The notes under the pieces: generated by a model | Told to the model about the DNA's origin: nothing | Seen by the model: only the letters and a program-made list of their open reading frames with translations | Database searches by the model: none | Assembly: GCA_030838475.1 (NCBI GenBank) | Contig: JAUZFP010000054.1 | Location: 48,850-112,849, forward strand | Source: Actinomycetota bacterium | GTDB taxonomy: Bacteria > Actinomycetota > Actinomycetes > Actinomycetales > Microbacteriaceae | Length of the DNA: 64,000 nt | Direction: 5' to 3' | Made by a program: the position numbers and the translations under genes | Shown here: one piece after another, positions 32,632 to 42,133 of the stretch | How the letters are laid out: each line of letters starts with the position of its first letter | Position numbering within the stretch: position 1 is the first letter of the stretch

Positions 32632-32656
32632 TTACGGCCGACCCCCGACCCGAAGC

Positions 32657-32718
32657 ATGCCGCACTTTGTTGACCGTGCGGCCCCTGTAACTAGCGCGCG
32701 GTCAACAAACTGCAGCGG
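32657..32718. repeat. 62-bp palindromic element, copy 1 (intergenic)
   Basis: GCCGCACTTTGTTGACCGTGCG-GCCCCTGTAACTAG-CGCGCGGTCAACAAACTGCAGCGG. Confidence 0.85.
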
Positions 32719-32724
32719 TGAAGG

Positions 32725-33867
32725 TCAGGATGCCGCGGCCGGGACGGCCGAGACGGTGCGGTCGATGGTGCACTGTCCGAGGACGCGGGTTCCGACGTAG
32801 AGCACGGCGGATTGCCCGGGCGAGACACCGTTCAAGGGATTCACCGGGCGGATGACGAGTTCGGTCCCTGTGCCCCCTTCGGTCCCTGAGCCCGTGGAAG
32901 GGCGCACGAACGCCACCGCGGGTACCGGGTCGGCGTGGGCGCGAACCTGTACGTCGCAGTCGAACGGCGTCTCGGGGTCGGCGGGCGGCATCCCGGCCCA
33001 GCTGATCTTGGAGCCGGCGAGTTCGGCCAGGTCGAGGGCCTCGCGCGGTCCGACGACGACCGTGTTGTCCTTCGGCCTGATCTCGAGCACGAAGCGGGGC
33101 TTGCCGTCATCCGTCGGGTACCCGACGTTGATGCCCTTGCGCTGGCCAATCGTGAACGCGAGCGCACCCTCGTGCTTCCCCATCACAGCGCCGGACTGGT
33201 CGAGGATGTCCCCAGGCTGCGCCCCGACGCGGTCGGCCAGCCAGCCGCGCGTGTCACCATCGGGGATGAAGCAGATGTCGTGGCTGTCCGGCTTGGACGC
33301 AACGCTGAAACCCCGTGCCGCTGCCTCCGCCCGAACCTCGGCCTTGGAAGGAGTTGCCCCCAGTGGAAACATGCTGTGCGCGAGCTGGTCCGCGGTGAGA
33401 ACACCCAGCACGTAGCTCTGGTCCTTCGCCCAGGCGGATGCCCGGTGCAGCTCACGATTGCCATCGGCGTCGGTCAGGATGGTCGCATAGTGCCCGGTCG
33501 CGACCGCGTCGAATCCGAGCGCGAGTGCCTTCTCCAGCAGCGCCGCAAACTTGATCCGCTCGTTGCAGCGCATGCACGGGTTCGGGGTGCGGCCGGCGGA
33601 GTACTCGGCGATGAAGTCGTCCACGACGTCGAGCTTGAAGCGCTCCGAGAAATCCCAGACGTAGTACGGGATACCGATGATGTTGGCGGCGCGCTGGGCG
33701 TCCATCGAGTCCTCGATGGTGCAGCAGCCGCGGGATCCGGTGCGGAGCGTTCCGGGCATCCGGCTGAGCGCAAGGTGAACGCCGACGACATCGTGACCGG
33801 CATCGACGGCGCGTGCGGCAGCGACAGCGGAGTCCACTCCCCCACTCATCGCCGCAAGAACCTTCAC
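32725..33867 (-). CDS. mnmA: tRNA 2-thiouridylase
   Basis: [42 protein letters not shown]. Confidence 0.97.
   Translation of the reverse strand: MKVLAAMSGGVDSAVAAARAVDAGHDVVGVHLALSRMPGTLRTGSRGCCTIEDSMDAQRAANIIGIPYYVWDFSERFKLDVVDDFIAEYSAGRTPNPCMRCNERIKFAALLEKALALGFDAVATGHYATILTDADGNRELHRASAWAKDQSYVLGVLTADQLAHSMFPLGATPSKAEVRAEAAARGFSVASKPDSHDICFIPDGDTRGWLADRVGAQPGDILDQSGAVMGKHEGALAFTIGQRKGINVGYPTDDGKPRFVLEIRPKDNTVVVGPREALDLAELAGSKISWAGMPPADPETPFDCDVQVRAHADPVPAVAFVRPSTGSGTEGGTGTELVIRPVNPLNGVSPGQSAVLYVGTRVLGQCTIDRTVSAVPAAAS
32860..32903. repeat. REP-like sequence inserted in frame in mnmA
   Basis: Minus strand CCCTTCCACGGGCTCAGGGACCGAA-GGGGGCA-CAGGGACCGAA, encoding [15 protein letters not shown]. 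Confidence 0.55.
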
Positions 33868-33894
33868 GCTACCCAGTTTAGGTTGACCGGCCGG

Positions 33895-34572
33895 TCAGAT
33901 TGGCTGGACGGTGCGTGCCCACTCGATCACCGCGGGGTCCTCGAGTGATGCGACCACGACGTCGCCCTCCGGATCGCCGCCGGGCAGCGACGGCACCGTG
34001 ATCACGAACGCGCCGCTCGCCATCGCAGATGCGATGCCGGTTGCGGAGTCCTCGAGTGCGACACCGCGGGCGGGATCGGCGCCGAGGCGCGCGAAGGCCT
34101 CGAGGTACACGTCCGGATGGGGCTTCGGGCGCTCGACATCGTCGGACGACACCGCGACGGCGAACCGAGAAGCCAGGCCCGAGCCCTCGAGCGAGACATC
34201 CAGGAATCGACGATGGCTGTTGCTCGCGACCGCAATGGGAACCCGGCGACCGATCGCGTCGAGCAGGGCGGCGACGCCCGGCATCGGCGTAACCCCGAGG
34301 AGCAGCTGTTCCTCAACGACTTCGAGGAGGCGATCGACGAGTTCTGGGCCCGAGCCCGGCCGGCCAAAGTACTCGCCCATCAGGCCGGTCGACTCCGAGA
34401 TCGACTTTCCAATCACGAGTCGCTTTTGCTCGGGCCCGAAGACGAAGCCGTGCTCGGCGAAGACCGCGGTCTCGCCGACCGTCCACGCCGGTTCGGTGTC
34501 GAGCAGCAGCCCGTCGCAGTCGAACACGATGGCGCTGACCCGGTCGGGTAGCGGCAGGTTCCGAGAGGTCAT
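33895..34572 (-). CDS. HAD-family phosphatase
   Basis: VFDCDGLLLDTE, ASNS, PKPHPDVY, LEDSATG. Confidence 0.92.
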   Translation of the reverse strand: MTSRNLPLPDRVSAIVFDCDGLLLDTEPAWTVGETAVFAEHGFVFGPEQKRLVIGKSISESTGLMGEYFGRPGSGPELVDRLLEVVEEQLLLGVTPMPGVAALLDAIGRRVPIAVASNSHRRFLDVSLEGSGLASRFAVAVSSDDVERPKPHPDVYLEAFARLGADPARGVALEDSATGIASAMASGAFVITVPSLPGGDPEGDVVVASLEDPAVIEWARTVQPI

Positions 34573-34589
34573 CCGTCGAGGCTAACCGG

Positions 34590-34811
34590 TCAGTTCGGGA
34601 TGTCGTTGAGCGTCTTCTCGACGGCGCCAAGGCGCGTCTCGATCGTTCCGAGCTTCTCGAGCAGGGCCTTGTTGACCTCCGAGTTCTGCAGGATGGCGTT
34701 GGCCAGTTCCGGGTTTTCCTTACGTCGGCCGTAGCCGATGGCCCCGATGAGGCCGGTGATGCCCGAAAAGGCGACAAATACGATGCCGATCCATGCGTAC
34801 CAGGGAATCAT
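34590..34811 (-). CDS. Small membrane protein with C-terminal coiled coil (73 aa)
   Basis: MIPWYAWIGIVF... TM helix, then LEKLGTIETRLGAVEKTL; 4 nt downstream of the ArsR gene. Confidence 0.75.
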   Translation of the reverse strand: MIPWYAWIGIVFVAFSGITGLIGAIGYGRRKENPELANAILQNSEVNKALLEKLGTIETRLGAVEKTLNDIPN

Positions 34812-34815
34812 GGTC

Positions 34816-35148
34816 TTACTCACTCTCCGTGTTGGTGGTGTCCGATTGTGTTTGTGCGACTGCCTCGACAAGTGATTTCGCATCGAGGGTGATCTGAAAC
34901 GGCACAACCTCGAAAATTTTCATGGCCTTGCCGTCGTCCCCCAGTTCGAGATGACCGCTGACGAAGCCGGCCTCCTCGAGCTTGGTGAGGTGCATATAGA
35001 GGAGCGGGCGACTCATTCCCACCCGGCGCGCGAGTTCGCTCACGTGGAGCGGTTCGCCGACGAGTAGGGCGAGGATCCGCATCCGCTGAGGGCTGGCGAT
35101 GGCCGCCAGTCGTCCGCTCAGCTCGTTTGCATCCATTCCGTCGATCAC
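34816..35148 (-). CDS. ArsR/SmtB-family transcription regulator
   Basis: LAAIASPQRMRILALL...HVSELARRVGMSRPLLYMHL..LEEAG. Confidence 0.9.
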   Translation of the reverse strand: MIDGMDANELSGRLAAIASPQRMRILALLVGEPLHVSELARRVGMSRPLLYMHLTKLEEAGFVSGHLELGDDGKAMKIFEVVPFQITLDAKSLVEAVAQTQSDTTNTESE

Positions 35149-35170
35149 ATTCTTCTAAGTGTTTTCTATC

Positions 35171-35194
35171 ACCTGTTAGAAAAAGGTTACAGGT
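35171..35194. promoter_or_regulatory. Putative ArsR operator
   Basis: AT-rich inverted repeat ACCTGT-N12-ACAGGT just upstream of the ArsR gene. Confidence 0.6.
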
Positions 35195-35250
35195 ACAATC
35201 GCAGAGAAGTCAAGGCGGCGTGCCTAACGAGCGCCGACGGCATCGGCGAC

Positions 35251-35796
35251 CTACTTCTTGGGCAGGTCGGGGCTCTCGAGTTCGATCAGGATGGCGGGAG
35301 GGGATCCGGGAGCCTCGTCCGCCTGGAGGAGAAGAACGGATGCTCCGGCCGTAGTCGCGACGGTGAGCGCGACGCTGTACCCGGCCGTGTTCGTCGTCGA
35401 GTTCCGTGAGATCCAGCCCGCCTGGACGAGCAGCTTCTCCATGGCCTGCGCCTGCAGAATCGCGTCGAAACCGGTCGTGGTCGTGATCGCGCGCTCCACC
35501 CCGTAGAAGGAACCCGTGGAGGAGGTTGCGGCGACGAGTTTCGACTGGTCATCCACGTGCACGATTTCGGTGCTGGCGATGAGCGCCTGAATCGCGTCAG
35601 CGGCGCGGACCGTGTTCTTCTTCGCGATGGCGGCGGACAGTGGGTCGGGGTAGCTCGGAACGAGCGCGTCGAGGGCGGACGCCGCGGTGTTCGTCGGCGT
35701 GGGCGGTGCGCTCGACCCGACCAGGTCGCAGCCGCCGAGCGCGAGCCCGACCGTCAGCGCGAGGGCAACCGCCGCGAGCGCCGCGGGCCTAGGCAC
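35251..35796 (-). CDS. Lipoprotein of unknown function
   Basis: Lipobox LGGC; GTG start overlapping the desulfurase stop. Confidence 0.7.
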   Translation of the reverse strand: MPRPAALAAVALALTVGLALGGCDLVGSSAPPTPTNTAASALDALVPSYPDPLSAAIAKKNTVRAADAIQALIASTEIVHVDDQSKLVAATSSTGSFYGVERAITTTTGFDAILQAQAMEKLLVQAGWISRNSTTNTAGYSVALTVATTAGASVLLLQADEAPGSPPAILIELESPDLPKK

Positions 35797-37024
35797 GGAC
35801 CGCGCGATCCGCGAGCCCGGCCGCGCCGGCACGCTCGACCGCGGCGGGCAGGGCGACGACGAAGGCGTCGATCTCTACCTCGGTCGTGTCGGCGCCCAGG
35901 GTGATGCGGAGGGCTCCGCGGGCATCCGCCTCCGACAGTCCCATGGCGAGAAGGACGTGGGATGCCTCGGGGACGCCGGCCTGGCAGGCCGATCCAGTGG
36001 ACACCGAGAATCCCGCGACATCCAGCAGGAAGAGCAGCGAGTCGCCCTCACAGCCAGGGAAGGTGAAGTGCGCGTTGCCGGCGAGCCGATCGGTCGGGTC
36101 ACCGCGAAGGATCGCTCCGGGAACCGCCGAGTGGATGCCCGCGATGAGCCGATCGCGCAGCCCGCGCAGCAGAGTCTGCCGGGCCTCGATACCGTCGGCG
36201 GCCAACGCCGCCGCGACACCGAAGGCGACCGCACCGGCGGCATCCTGAGTTCCCGACCGCGCGCGCTGCTGGCCGCCGCCGTGGATGAGGGGAACGACGG
36301 TCGCGGTGCGCGCGATGACGAGCGCGCCGACCCCGACCGGTCCGGCGATCTTGTGGGCGGACACACTGAGTGCGGCGACACCGAGCGCGTGGAAGTCGAT
36401 GGGCAGGTAGCCGTACGCGGCGACCGCGTCGACGTGAACGGGCACCCCGAACCGCGAGGCGAGGGCGACGACCTCGGCGATCGGCTGGATGGTGCCGACC
36501 TCGTTATTCGCCATCAGTACACTCACCAGCGCAACGTCCGGTCCGAGCATCCGCTCGAGCGCACCGAGGTCGATGCGGCCGACGGCGTCGACCGGGACCT
36601 CCTCGACGATCGCGCCCTCCGACGCGGCCAGCCAGGCGGCCGCGTCGATTGTGGCGTGATGCTCCCCCGCGGCGACCAGAATCCTCCGCGAACCCCTCTC
36701 GCCGCTGTCGTTTGTTGATCCCGCGGTCCCTGTAACCCCTGCGTGGTCAACAAAGTGCGGCGGTTGACCCGCGCGCGCCCAGTACAAGCCCTTGATGGCG
36801 AGGTTGATCGCCTCGGTGCCGCCCGATGTGAACGTCACCTCGACCGCATCCGCTCCGAGCGACGCGGCCACCTGCTCGCGCGCCTCCTCGAGCATCCGCC
36901 TGGCGTTCTGCCCCTGGCTGTGAATCGACGACGGATTCCCGACGACGCTCAGGGCCGCGACGTAGGCAGCAAGAACCTCGGGCGACATCGGCGTGGTCGC
37001 CGCGTGATCGAGATAGATGGCCAA
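35789..37024 (-). CDS. iscS: Cysteine desulfurase (IscS/NifS-type; probable sulfur donor for MnmA)
   Basis: YLDHAATTP, GNPSSIH, FTSGGTE, NNEVG, SAHK (PLP lysine), STGSAC. Confidence 0.92.
   Translation of the reverse strand: MAIYLDHAATTPMSPEVLAAYVAALSVVGNPSSIHSQGQNARRMLEEAREQVAASLGADAVEVTFTSGGTEAINLAIKGLYWARAGQPPHFVDHAGVTGTAGSTNDSGERGSRRILVAAGEHHATIDAAAWLAASEGAIVEEVPVDAVGRIDLGALERMLGPDVALVSVLMANNEVGTIQPIAEVVALASRFGVPVHVDAVAAYGYLPIDFHALGVAALSVSAHKIAGPVGVGALVIARTATVVPLIHGGGQQRARSGTQDAAGAVAFGVAAALAADGIEARQTLLRGLRDRLIAGIHSAVPGAILRGDPTDRLAGNAHFTFPGCEGDSLLFLLDVAGFSVSTGSACQAGVPEASHVLLAMGLSEADARGALRITLGADTTEVEIDAFVVALPAAVERAGAAGLADRAVRA
36702..36763. repeat. 62-bp palindromic element, copy 2 (inside the desulfurase CDS, in frame)
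   Basis: CCGCTGTCGTTTGTTGATCCCGCG-GTCCCTGTAACCCC-TGCGTGGTCAACAAAGTGCGGCGG. Confidence 0.85.
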
Positions 37025-37090
37025 GGCTGCTCGCTTACTATTGACGCTCTTGAAACATTGCCGACGTGCAAGGTAACTACTCTAGAACGC

Positions 37091-39139
37091 ATGCCACCGA
37101 CCGATCCGCTGCGCAATCTCGGGGTTCGCGTAACCTCGCGCGGCGGCGAGCTTCGAGTGTGGTCGCACCACGCCACGACCATGGAGCTCGTCGTCTTCGA
37201 CAGCAGGGATTCGAGCTGGGTGACGGCGGTGCGCCCGATGGCGAAGGGCGACCACGACGTGTGGTCGGTGACCTCATCGAAGCTGGCGCCGGGCGCGCGT
37301 TACGCGATCCGCGTTGGCGGACCGAAGGGCAAGACGCACGACTTCGATCCGACCCGTAATCTCATCGACCCCTACGCCCGCGGGCTCGCTCGCACGAGCG
37401 ACGGCGAGTGGCGCTCGTACGTTCAGGACGACGCGTTCGACTGGGGCGACTCGAAGCGCCCAGCGATCGGCACCGACCACACCGTGCTGTACGAGGCGCA
37501 CGTGAAGGGGCTGACCAAGGCCAACCCGAGCGTCCCAGAGGAGTTGCGCGGCACGTACGCCGCGCTCGCGCACGAGAGCACCATTGCCTACCTGAAGGAT
37601 TTGGGGGTGACCACCGTGGAGCTGCTGCCCGTGCACCAGTCGGTGACCGAGCAGCGACTCATCAAGCAGGGGCTCGCCAACTACTGGGGCTACAACACCC
37701 TCAACTTCTTCACGCCCCACGCCGGCTACGCGTCGCGGGCGGCGCAGTTCGGCGGGACCGGCGCCGTGCTGCGCGAGTTCAAGGGCATGGTCAAGCTGCT
37801 GCACGAGGCCGGACTCGAGGTGGTGCTGGATGTCGTCTACAACCACACCTCCGAGGAGAGTCCCGGCGGACCGACCACCTCCCTTCGCGGACTCGACAAC
37901 GCCTCCTACTATCGCCAGATGGCGGATGGCGACTACATCGACGTCACCGGATGCGGCAACACCGTCGATTTCTCGCTGCCCGCCGCCCAGCGGCTGGTGC
38001 TGGATTCGCTGCGCTACTGGCACAACGAGGTGCAGGTGGATGGCTTCCGCTTCGACCTCGCGGCCACGCTCGGTCGGGACGCGGAGGTCGACTTCGACCC
38101 TGGACATCCGCTGCTGCAGGCGATCGTGAGCGACCCGGCTCTCGCCGGAGCGAAGATGATCGCCGAGCCGTGGGATGTCGGGGCGGGCGGATGGCAGGTC
38201 GGCAAGTTTCCGGATGGCTGGGAGGAGTGGAACGATGGTTTCCGCGACCGGGCCAGGGACTTCTGGCTGACCGACATCGCCGCCGCCCGGCACACCGGCG
38301 CCGCGGCGCAGGGCATCGGCGGGTTCGCTCGTCGCCTCGCCGGATCGTCGCACGTCTTCTCCGAGGCTCGTGGACCCATGGCGTCCGTGAACTTCATCAC
38401 CGCTCATGACGGCTTCACGATGGCGGATCTCACCGCGTACAACCAGAAGCACAATGTCGGCAATGGCGAGAACAATCGCGACGGGACCGACCACAACCAC
38501 TCGTTCAACCACGGCGTCGAGGGACCAACCCACGATGAGGACGTACTGAAGTCGCGGTGCAAGGCCATGCGCAACCTGATGGGCACCCTGCTGCTGTCGG
38601 CGGGCATCCCGATGATCACCGCCGGCGACGAGTTCGGACGCAGCCAGCGCGGCAACAACAACGCCTACTGCCAGGACAGCGAGCTCACCTGGCTCGGCTG
38701 GGGAGAGCGCGAGGAGTGGCAGGACGAGCTGCTCGCCGTCACCAAGACCCTCCTGAGGCTGCGGCACGAGAACCCCGCCCTGCGGCCGGTGCGGTACGGG
38801 CGGTTCGGCGAGACGGTTCCGTCGGCGTCACAGATGGACTGGTACAACGACCACGGCCTGTCGATGCGGGACCGGGACTGGAACTCGCCGACGGCGCGAA
38901 CGCTGCAGTACCTGGCGGCATCCACCCCGGAGTTCGAGGAGTTCAACCGCATCCTGCTGGTCGTGCACGGTCTCGAGAGCGACGTCACGGTCACCCTGCC
39001 GAAGCACGCCGGTGTTGCCGGTTACACCCTGCTGTGGGATTCCGCCCGGGACGACCTGGGCGGCGCGACGCTCGAGCATCGCCCGGGCACCGAGACCGTC
39101 ATCGCCGGGGCGAGCATGCAACTGTTCAGAGCTAGCTAG
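37091..39139 (+). CDS. glgX: Glycogen debranching enzyme
   Basis: YEAHVKG, ELLPVH, NYWGYNT, DVVYNHT, DGFRFDLA, IAEPWD, AHDGFT, GNNNAYCQD. Confidence 0.95.
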   Translation: MPPTDPLRNLGVRVTSRGGELRVWSHHATTMELVVFDSRDSSWVTAVRPMAKGDHDVWSVTSSKLAPGARYAIRVGGPKGKTHDFDPTRNLIDPYARGLARTSDGEWRSYVQDDAFDWGDSKRPAIGTDHTVLYEAHVKGLTKANPSVPEELRGTYAALAHESTIAYLKDLGVTTVELLPVHQSVTEQRLIKQGLANYWGYNTLNFFTPHAGYASRAAQFGGTGAVLREFKGMVKLLHEAGLEVVLDVVYNHTSEESPGGPTTSLRGLDNASYYRQMADGDYIDVTGCGNTVDFSLPAAQRLVLDSLRYWHNEVQVDGFRFDLAATLGRDAEVDFDPGHPLLQAIVSDPALAGAKMIAEPWDVGAGGWQVGKFPDGWEEWNDGFRDRARDFWLTDIAAARHTGAAAQGIGGFARRLAGSSHVFSEARGPMASVNFITAHDGFTMADLTAYNQKHNVGNGENNRDGTDHNHSFNHGVEGPTHDEDVLKSRCKAMRNLMGTLLLSAGIPMITAGDEFGRSQRGNNNAYCQDSELTWLGWGEREEWQDELLAVTKTLLRLRHENPALRPVRYGRFGETVPSASQMDWYNDHGLSMRDRDWNSPTARTLQYLAASTPEFEEFNRILLVVHGLESDVTVTLPKHAGVAGYTLLWDSARDDLGGATLEHRPGTETVIAGASMQLFRAS

Positions 39140-39612
39140 TGGCAAGTACCCCGGCGACGGCCGCGCTGAAGGCCGCGGGCATCGCGTTCACGGAGCACGC
39201 CTACGAGCACGATCCCGCGAACCGCAACTTCGGCGAGGAGGCGGCCAGCGTTCTCGGTCTCGATCCGGAGCGGGTATTCAAAACACTCATGGTGGATGTC
39301 GACGGTCGCCTCACGGTCGCCATCGTGCCGGTCACGGGCAAGCTCGACCTCGGCGCCCTCGCCACGGCCGTGCACGGAAAGCGCGCGGTGCTGGCCGACT
39401 CCGCGGTGGCCGAAAGGAAGACCGGCTACCTGGTCGGCGGCATTTCGCCGATCGGCCAGAAGACGGCGCTGCCCACCGTGCTGGATGAGACGGCCGAACT
39501 CTTCGACACGGTCTTCGTGTCGGGCGGCAGGCGGGGTTTCGATATCGAGCTGGCGCCATCCGACCTGATCGTCATCACGGCCGCGACCATAGCCGCGATC
39601 GCCCGCGACTAG
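39139..39612 (+). CDS. ybaK: Cys-tRNA(Pro) deacylase
   Basis: TPA, VFKTL, TGYLVGGISPIGQK, SGGRRG. Confidence 0.93.
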   Translation: MASTPATAALKAAGIAFTEHAYEHDPANRNFGEEAASVLGLDPERVFKTLMVDVDGRLTVAIVPVTGKLDLGALATAVHGKRAVLADSAVAERKTGYLVGGISPIGQKTALPTVLDETAELFDTVFVSGGRRGFDIELAPSDLIVITAATIAAIARD

Positions 39613-39642
39613 GGCAGCTGGTCGGGGACCAGACAAGCCGAT

Positions 39643-39685
39643 GGCGTCACCGCCCGGCGTGGGAAAACGCGTGGGCGGTGACGCC
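39643..39685. terminator. GC-rich hairpin between convergent genes
   Basis: GGCGTCACCGCCC...GGGCGGTGACGCC, perfect 13-bp stem. Confidence 0.6.
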
Positions 39686-39723
39686 AGAGTGGGCCGTCGG
39701 GCGGATGCCTGGCTGTCGGCGAG

Positions 39724-39900
39724 CTAGGGAGCTCGGTAGTGACGACGGTCATCCAGGGCAGACCCGATCTGCCAGAGGAGTACCGAAACCAGGATTCCAA
39801 CCTCGAGGCCAACCACGAGTGAATTGGTTACTCCCCCGAGCACCGATCCAATCGCGGAGCTGGCGAAGACGATAGCAATCGTCCTGGGGCGGAATGACAT
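39724..39900 (-). CDS. Small two-TM membrane protein (58 aa)
   Basis: MSFRPRTIAIVF...VGILVSVLLWQ hydrophobic hairpin. Confidence 0.5.
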   Translation of the reverse strand: MSFRPRTIAIVFASSAIGSVLGGVTNSLVVGLEVGILVSVLLWQIGSALDDRRHYRAP

Positions 39901-40363
39901 GAGAACTGCCTTCGAGATCTGGTCAGTCCACGGAACGTATGGCCCAACGAGACGGTGCCGGCCAGGGCTAGGGACCCTGGCCGAAAGCCGTCTCGCGGAT
40001 ACTCGGGTGTTCCGCGTTGTGACCGTTCGGGTTATTGCGGGGCGTCCAAGTCGTTCCCCCAAAAAGAACCCTATGAGTCCGCACAATGGAGGACAAGAGG
40101 GGACCTCCACCCAATACGGGGGTGATCAATTGAGGCAGAAAAGTGCTGATCGAAGCCCTGTTTCGGGCGGACAGACGAATCGTTCCCCAACGTGTTTCGG
40201 GGTACAAAGAGTGGCGGGAATCCGGAGCGTGGGAGCGCTTCCAACCAATTTCGGGGTACAAAAGCGAATCGGTTTCAGCTATCGAGGGGTGCCCGATTTC
40301 GTCGACTCGACTAGGGTGCAAATAAGGCCCCCATTTGGGGGTAGAACTCAACGAATGGTGATC

Positions 40364-42046
40364 ATGACTTCACAAAATGACTCGATCCCCGCGGCGCCGC
40401 CAACCGGTCGTCGCACCCGACGAGTGGTACTTGCCGTCACGGCCGGCCTCGCTCTCGTCGCGGGCAGTTCGCTCTTCAGCGCTCCGGCGCTCGCCTACGA
40501 TCCGGGAAGTCTCGGGTCACACAATGATGCGGTTCTGACGCCGCACACCCAGTTCACGATGAAACCGGACGGATCAAGCGGGCTCACCGTCGGCGGCGAG
40601 AACATCCCGAACAGCGACATCGTCAAGAAGACAATCGCCACCTACTACGGCGACCCGGGCACGGGCATCGCGAACAAGCAGTCATCGCCCTACATCTCCG
40701 AAATGGATTCTCTCGTCGCATCCATGACGGCGGCGCTGCCCGCCGAGTACGCCAAGGCGAAGCGCTCCGGCAAGACCCCCGCGATCGTGCTCGACACCGA
40801 CGACACCATGCTGGAAACCTACGACTACGAGGTTGGCCAGATGCACTTCAACTTCAGCCCAACACTCAATAACGCGGACATCCTCGCGAAAGGGTTCCCC
40901 GCCACCCCGGCCATGGTCGGTTTCGAAAAATACGCGCGTTCGCTCGGTTTCACGGTGATCGGCATCACCGGACGCAGCGCAACCCAGCAGGCCGCATCCA
41001 TCGAGAACCTGGCAAACGTCGGCTACACCGGCTTCGACCCATCGAACTACTACGTGAAATGGGCCGCGGGCGCGCAGCCGAGCTACATCAGCTGCGTGAC
41101 CGCAACCTGCACGACCGTCGAGTACAAGGCCGGGACGCGCAGGCATCTGGAGAACGATCTCGGCTACGACATCGCGCTGAGTGTCGGTGACCAGTGGTCG
41201 GATCTTCAGGGCGGCTTCGCCGATCGCATCCAGAAGCTCCCGAATCCGACGTACTACCTGCCGTCACCCGATCTGCCGGGCGTCTCCGAGCCGCAGCTCT
41301 CCGCCCGAACGCACTTCACGATGAAGGCCGACGGATCAAGCGGACTGACCCAGGGCGGCGAGGGGATTCCGAACATCGACTCCGTCAAGTCGACCATCGC
41401 CGTCTACTACGGCGACGCGGGAACCGGCACCTCGAACAAGACCGCCTCGCCCTACATCTCGGAGATGCAGCGCATCGTCAGGACCGAGGCGCCCCGAGTG
41501 GCCGCGGCATGCTTCATCGACAAGAAGCTGCACCGCAATCCGGCAATCGTGCTGGACGCCGATGACACCACGCTCTGGACCTACGACATGGAGGTTGGCG
41601 CGATGCACTTCGTCTTCGACCCCACGCTGCAGGACTTCTGGGTACAAAACCAGCTCTTCCCCGCCGTGCCGTCAATGACGAACCTCGCGGCAATCGCCCA
41701 GAAGGCGGGATGCATGGTCGTCGGCCTCACCGGTCGAAACGACAACCAGAAGGCTGCGACCCTCGCCAACCTGGCGAAGGTGGGGTACCCGGAGTTCACC
41801 GCGGCGAACTACTACACGAAGTGGACCGGGGTCGGAACCTCGCAGCAACCCTCGTACATCACCTGCGCCGTTGCGGGGAAGTGCACCACGATCGAGTACA
41901 AGTCGCAGACGCGGGCGCACGTCGAATCGGTGTCTGGCGGCAAGTACGACATCGTCGCGAACTTCGGTGACCAGTTCAGCGACCTGATCGGCGGGCATGC
42001 CGCCCTTGACGTGAAGCTGCCGAACCCGACGTACTACCTGCCGTAG
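40364..42046 (+). CDS. Secreted HAD acid phosphatase with two tandem catalytic domains
   Basis: RR-rich signal peptide; VLDTDDT/ITGR/GDQWSDL and VLDADDT/LTGR/GDQFSDL; each half ends KLPNPTYYLP. Confidence 0.88.
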   Translation: MTSQNDSIPAAPPTGRRTRRVVLAVTAGLALVAGSSLFSAPALAYDPGSLGSHNDAVLTPHTQFTMKPDGSSGLTVGGENIPNSDIVKKTIATYYGDPGTGIANKQSSPYISEMDSLVASMTAALPAEYAKAKRSGKTPAIVLDTDDTMLETYDYEVGQMHFNFSPTLNNADILAKGFPATPAMVGFEKYARSLGFTVIGITGRSATQQAASIENLANVGYTGFDPSNYYVKWAAGAQPSYISCVTATCTTVEYKAGTRRHLENDLGYDIALSVGDQWSDLQGGFADRIQKLPNPTYYLPSPDLPGVSEPQLSARTHFTMKADGSSGLTQGGEGIPNIDSVKSTIAVYYGDAGTGTSNKTASPYISEMQRIVRTEAPRVAAACFIDKKLHRNPAIVLDADDTTLWTYDMEVGAMHFVFDPTLQDFWVQNQLFPAVPSMTNLAAIAQKAGCMVVGLTGRNDNQKAATLANLAKVGYPEFTAANYYTKWTGVGTSQQPSYITCAVAGKCTTIEYKSQTRAHVESVSGGKYDIVANFGDQFSDLIGGHAALDVKLPNPTYYLP

Positions 42047-42066
42047 GGCCGTCGGGTCGAGAAATA

Positions 42067-42131
42067 CCTCGGGTCGAGCTTGTCGAGATCTCGACAGGCT
42101 CGATCCGAGGGACGACAGGCTCGATCCGAGG
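42067..42131. repeat. REP-like palindrome with duplicated half; probable bidirectional terminator
   Basis: Near-palindrome CCTCGGGTCGAGCTTGTCGAGATCTCGACAGGCTCGATCCGAGG followed by a second CGACAGGCTCGATCCGAGG. Confidence 0.75.
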
Positions 42132-42133
42132 TT

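Noticed and set aside
36743-37090. N-terminal extensions given by the ORF track for glgX, the kinase (to 12850), the phosphatase (from 39824) and META genes 3 and 4
   Set aside because: They overlap neighbouring genes or promoters; downstream starts have -10 or SD support
40080-40350. c-di-AMP (ydaO) riboswitch
   Set aside because: G-rich runs are present but the conserved riboswitch segments could not be found; better explained as repeated DNA sites
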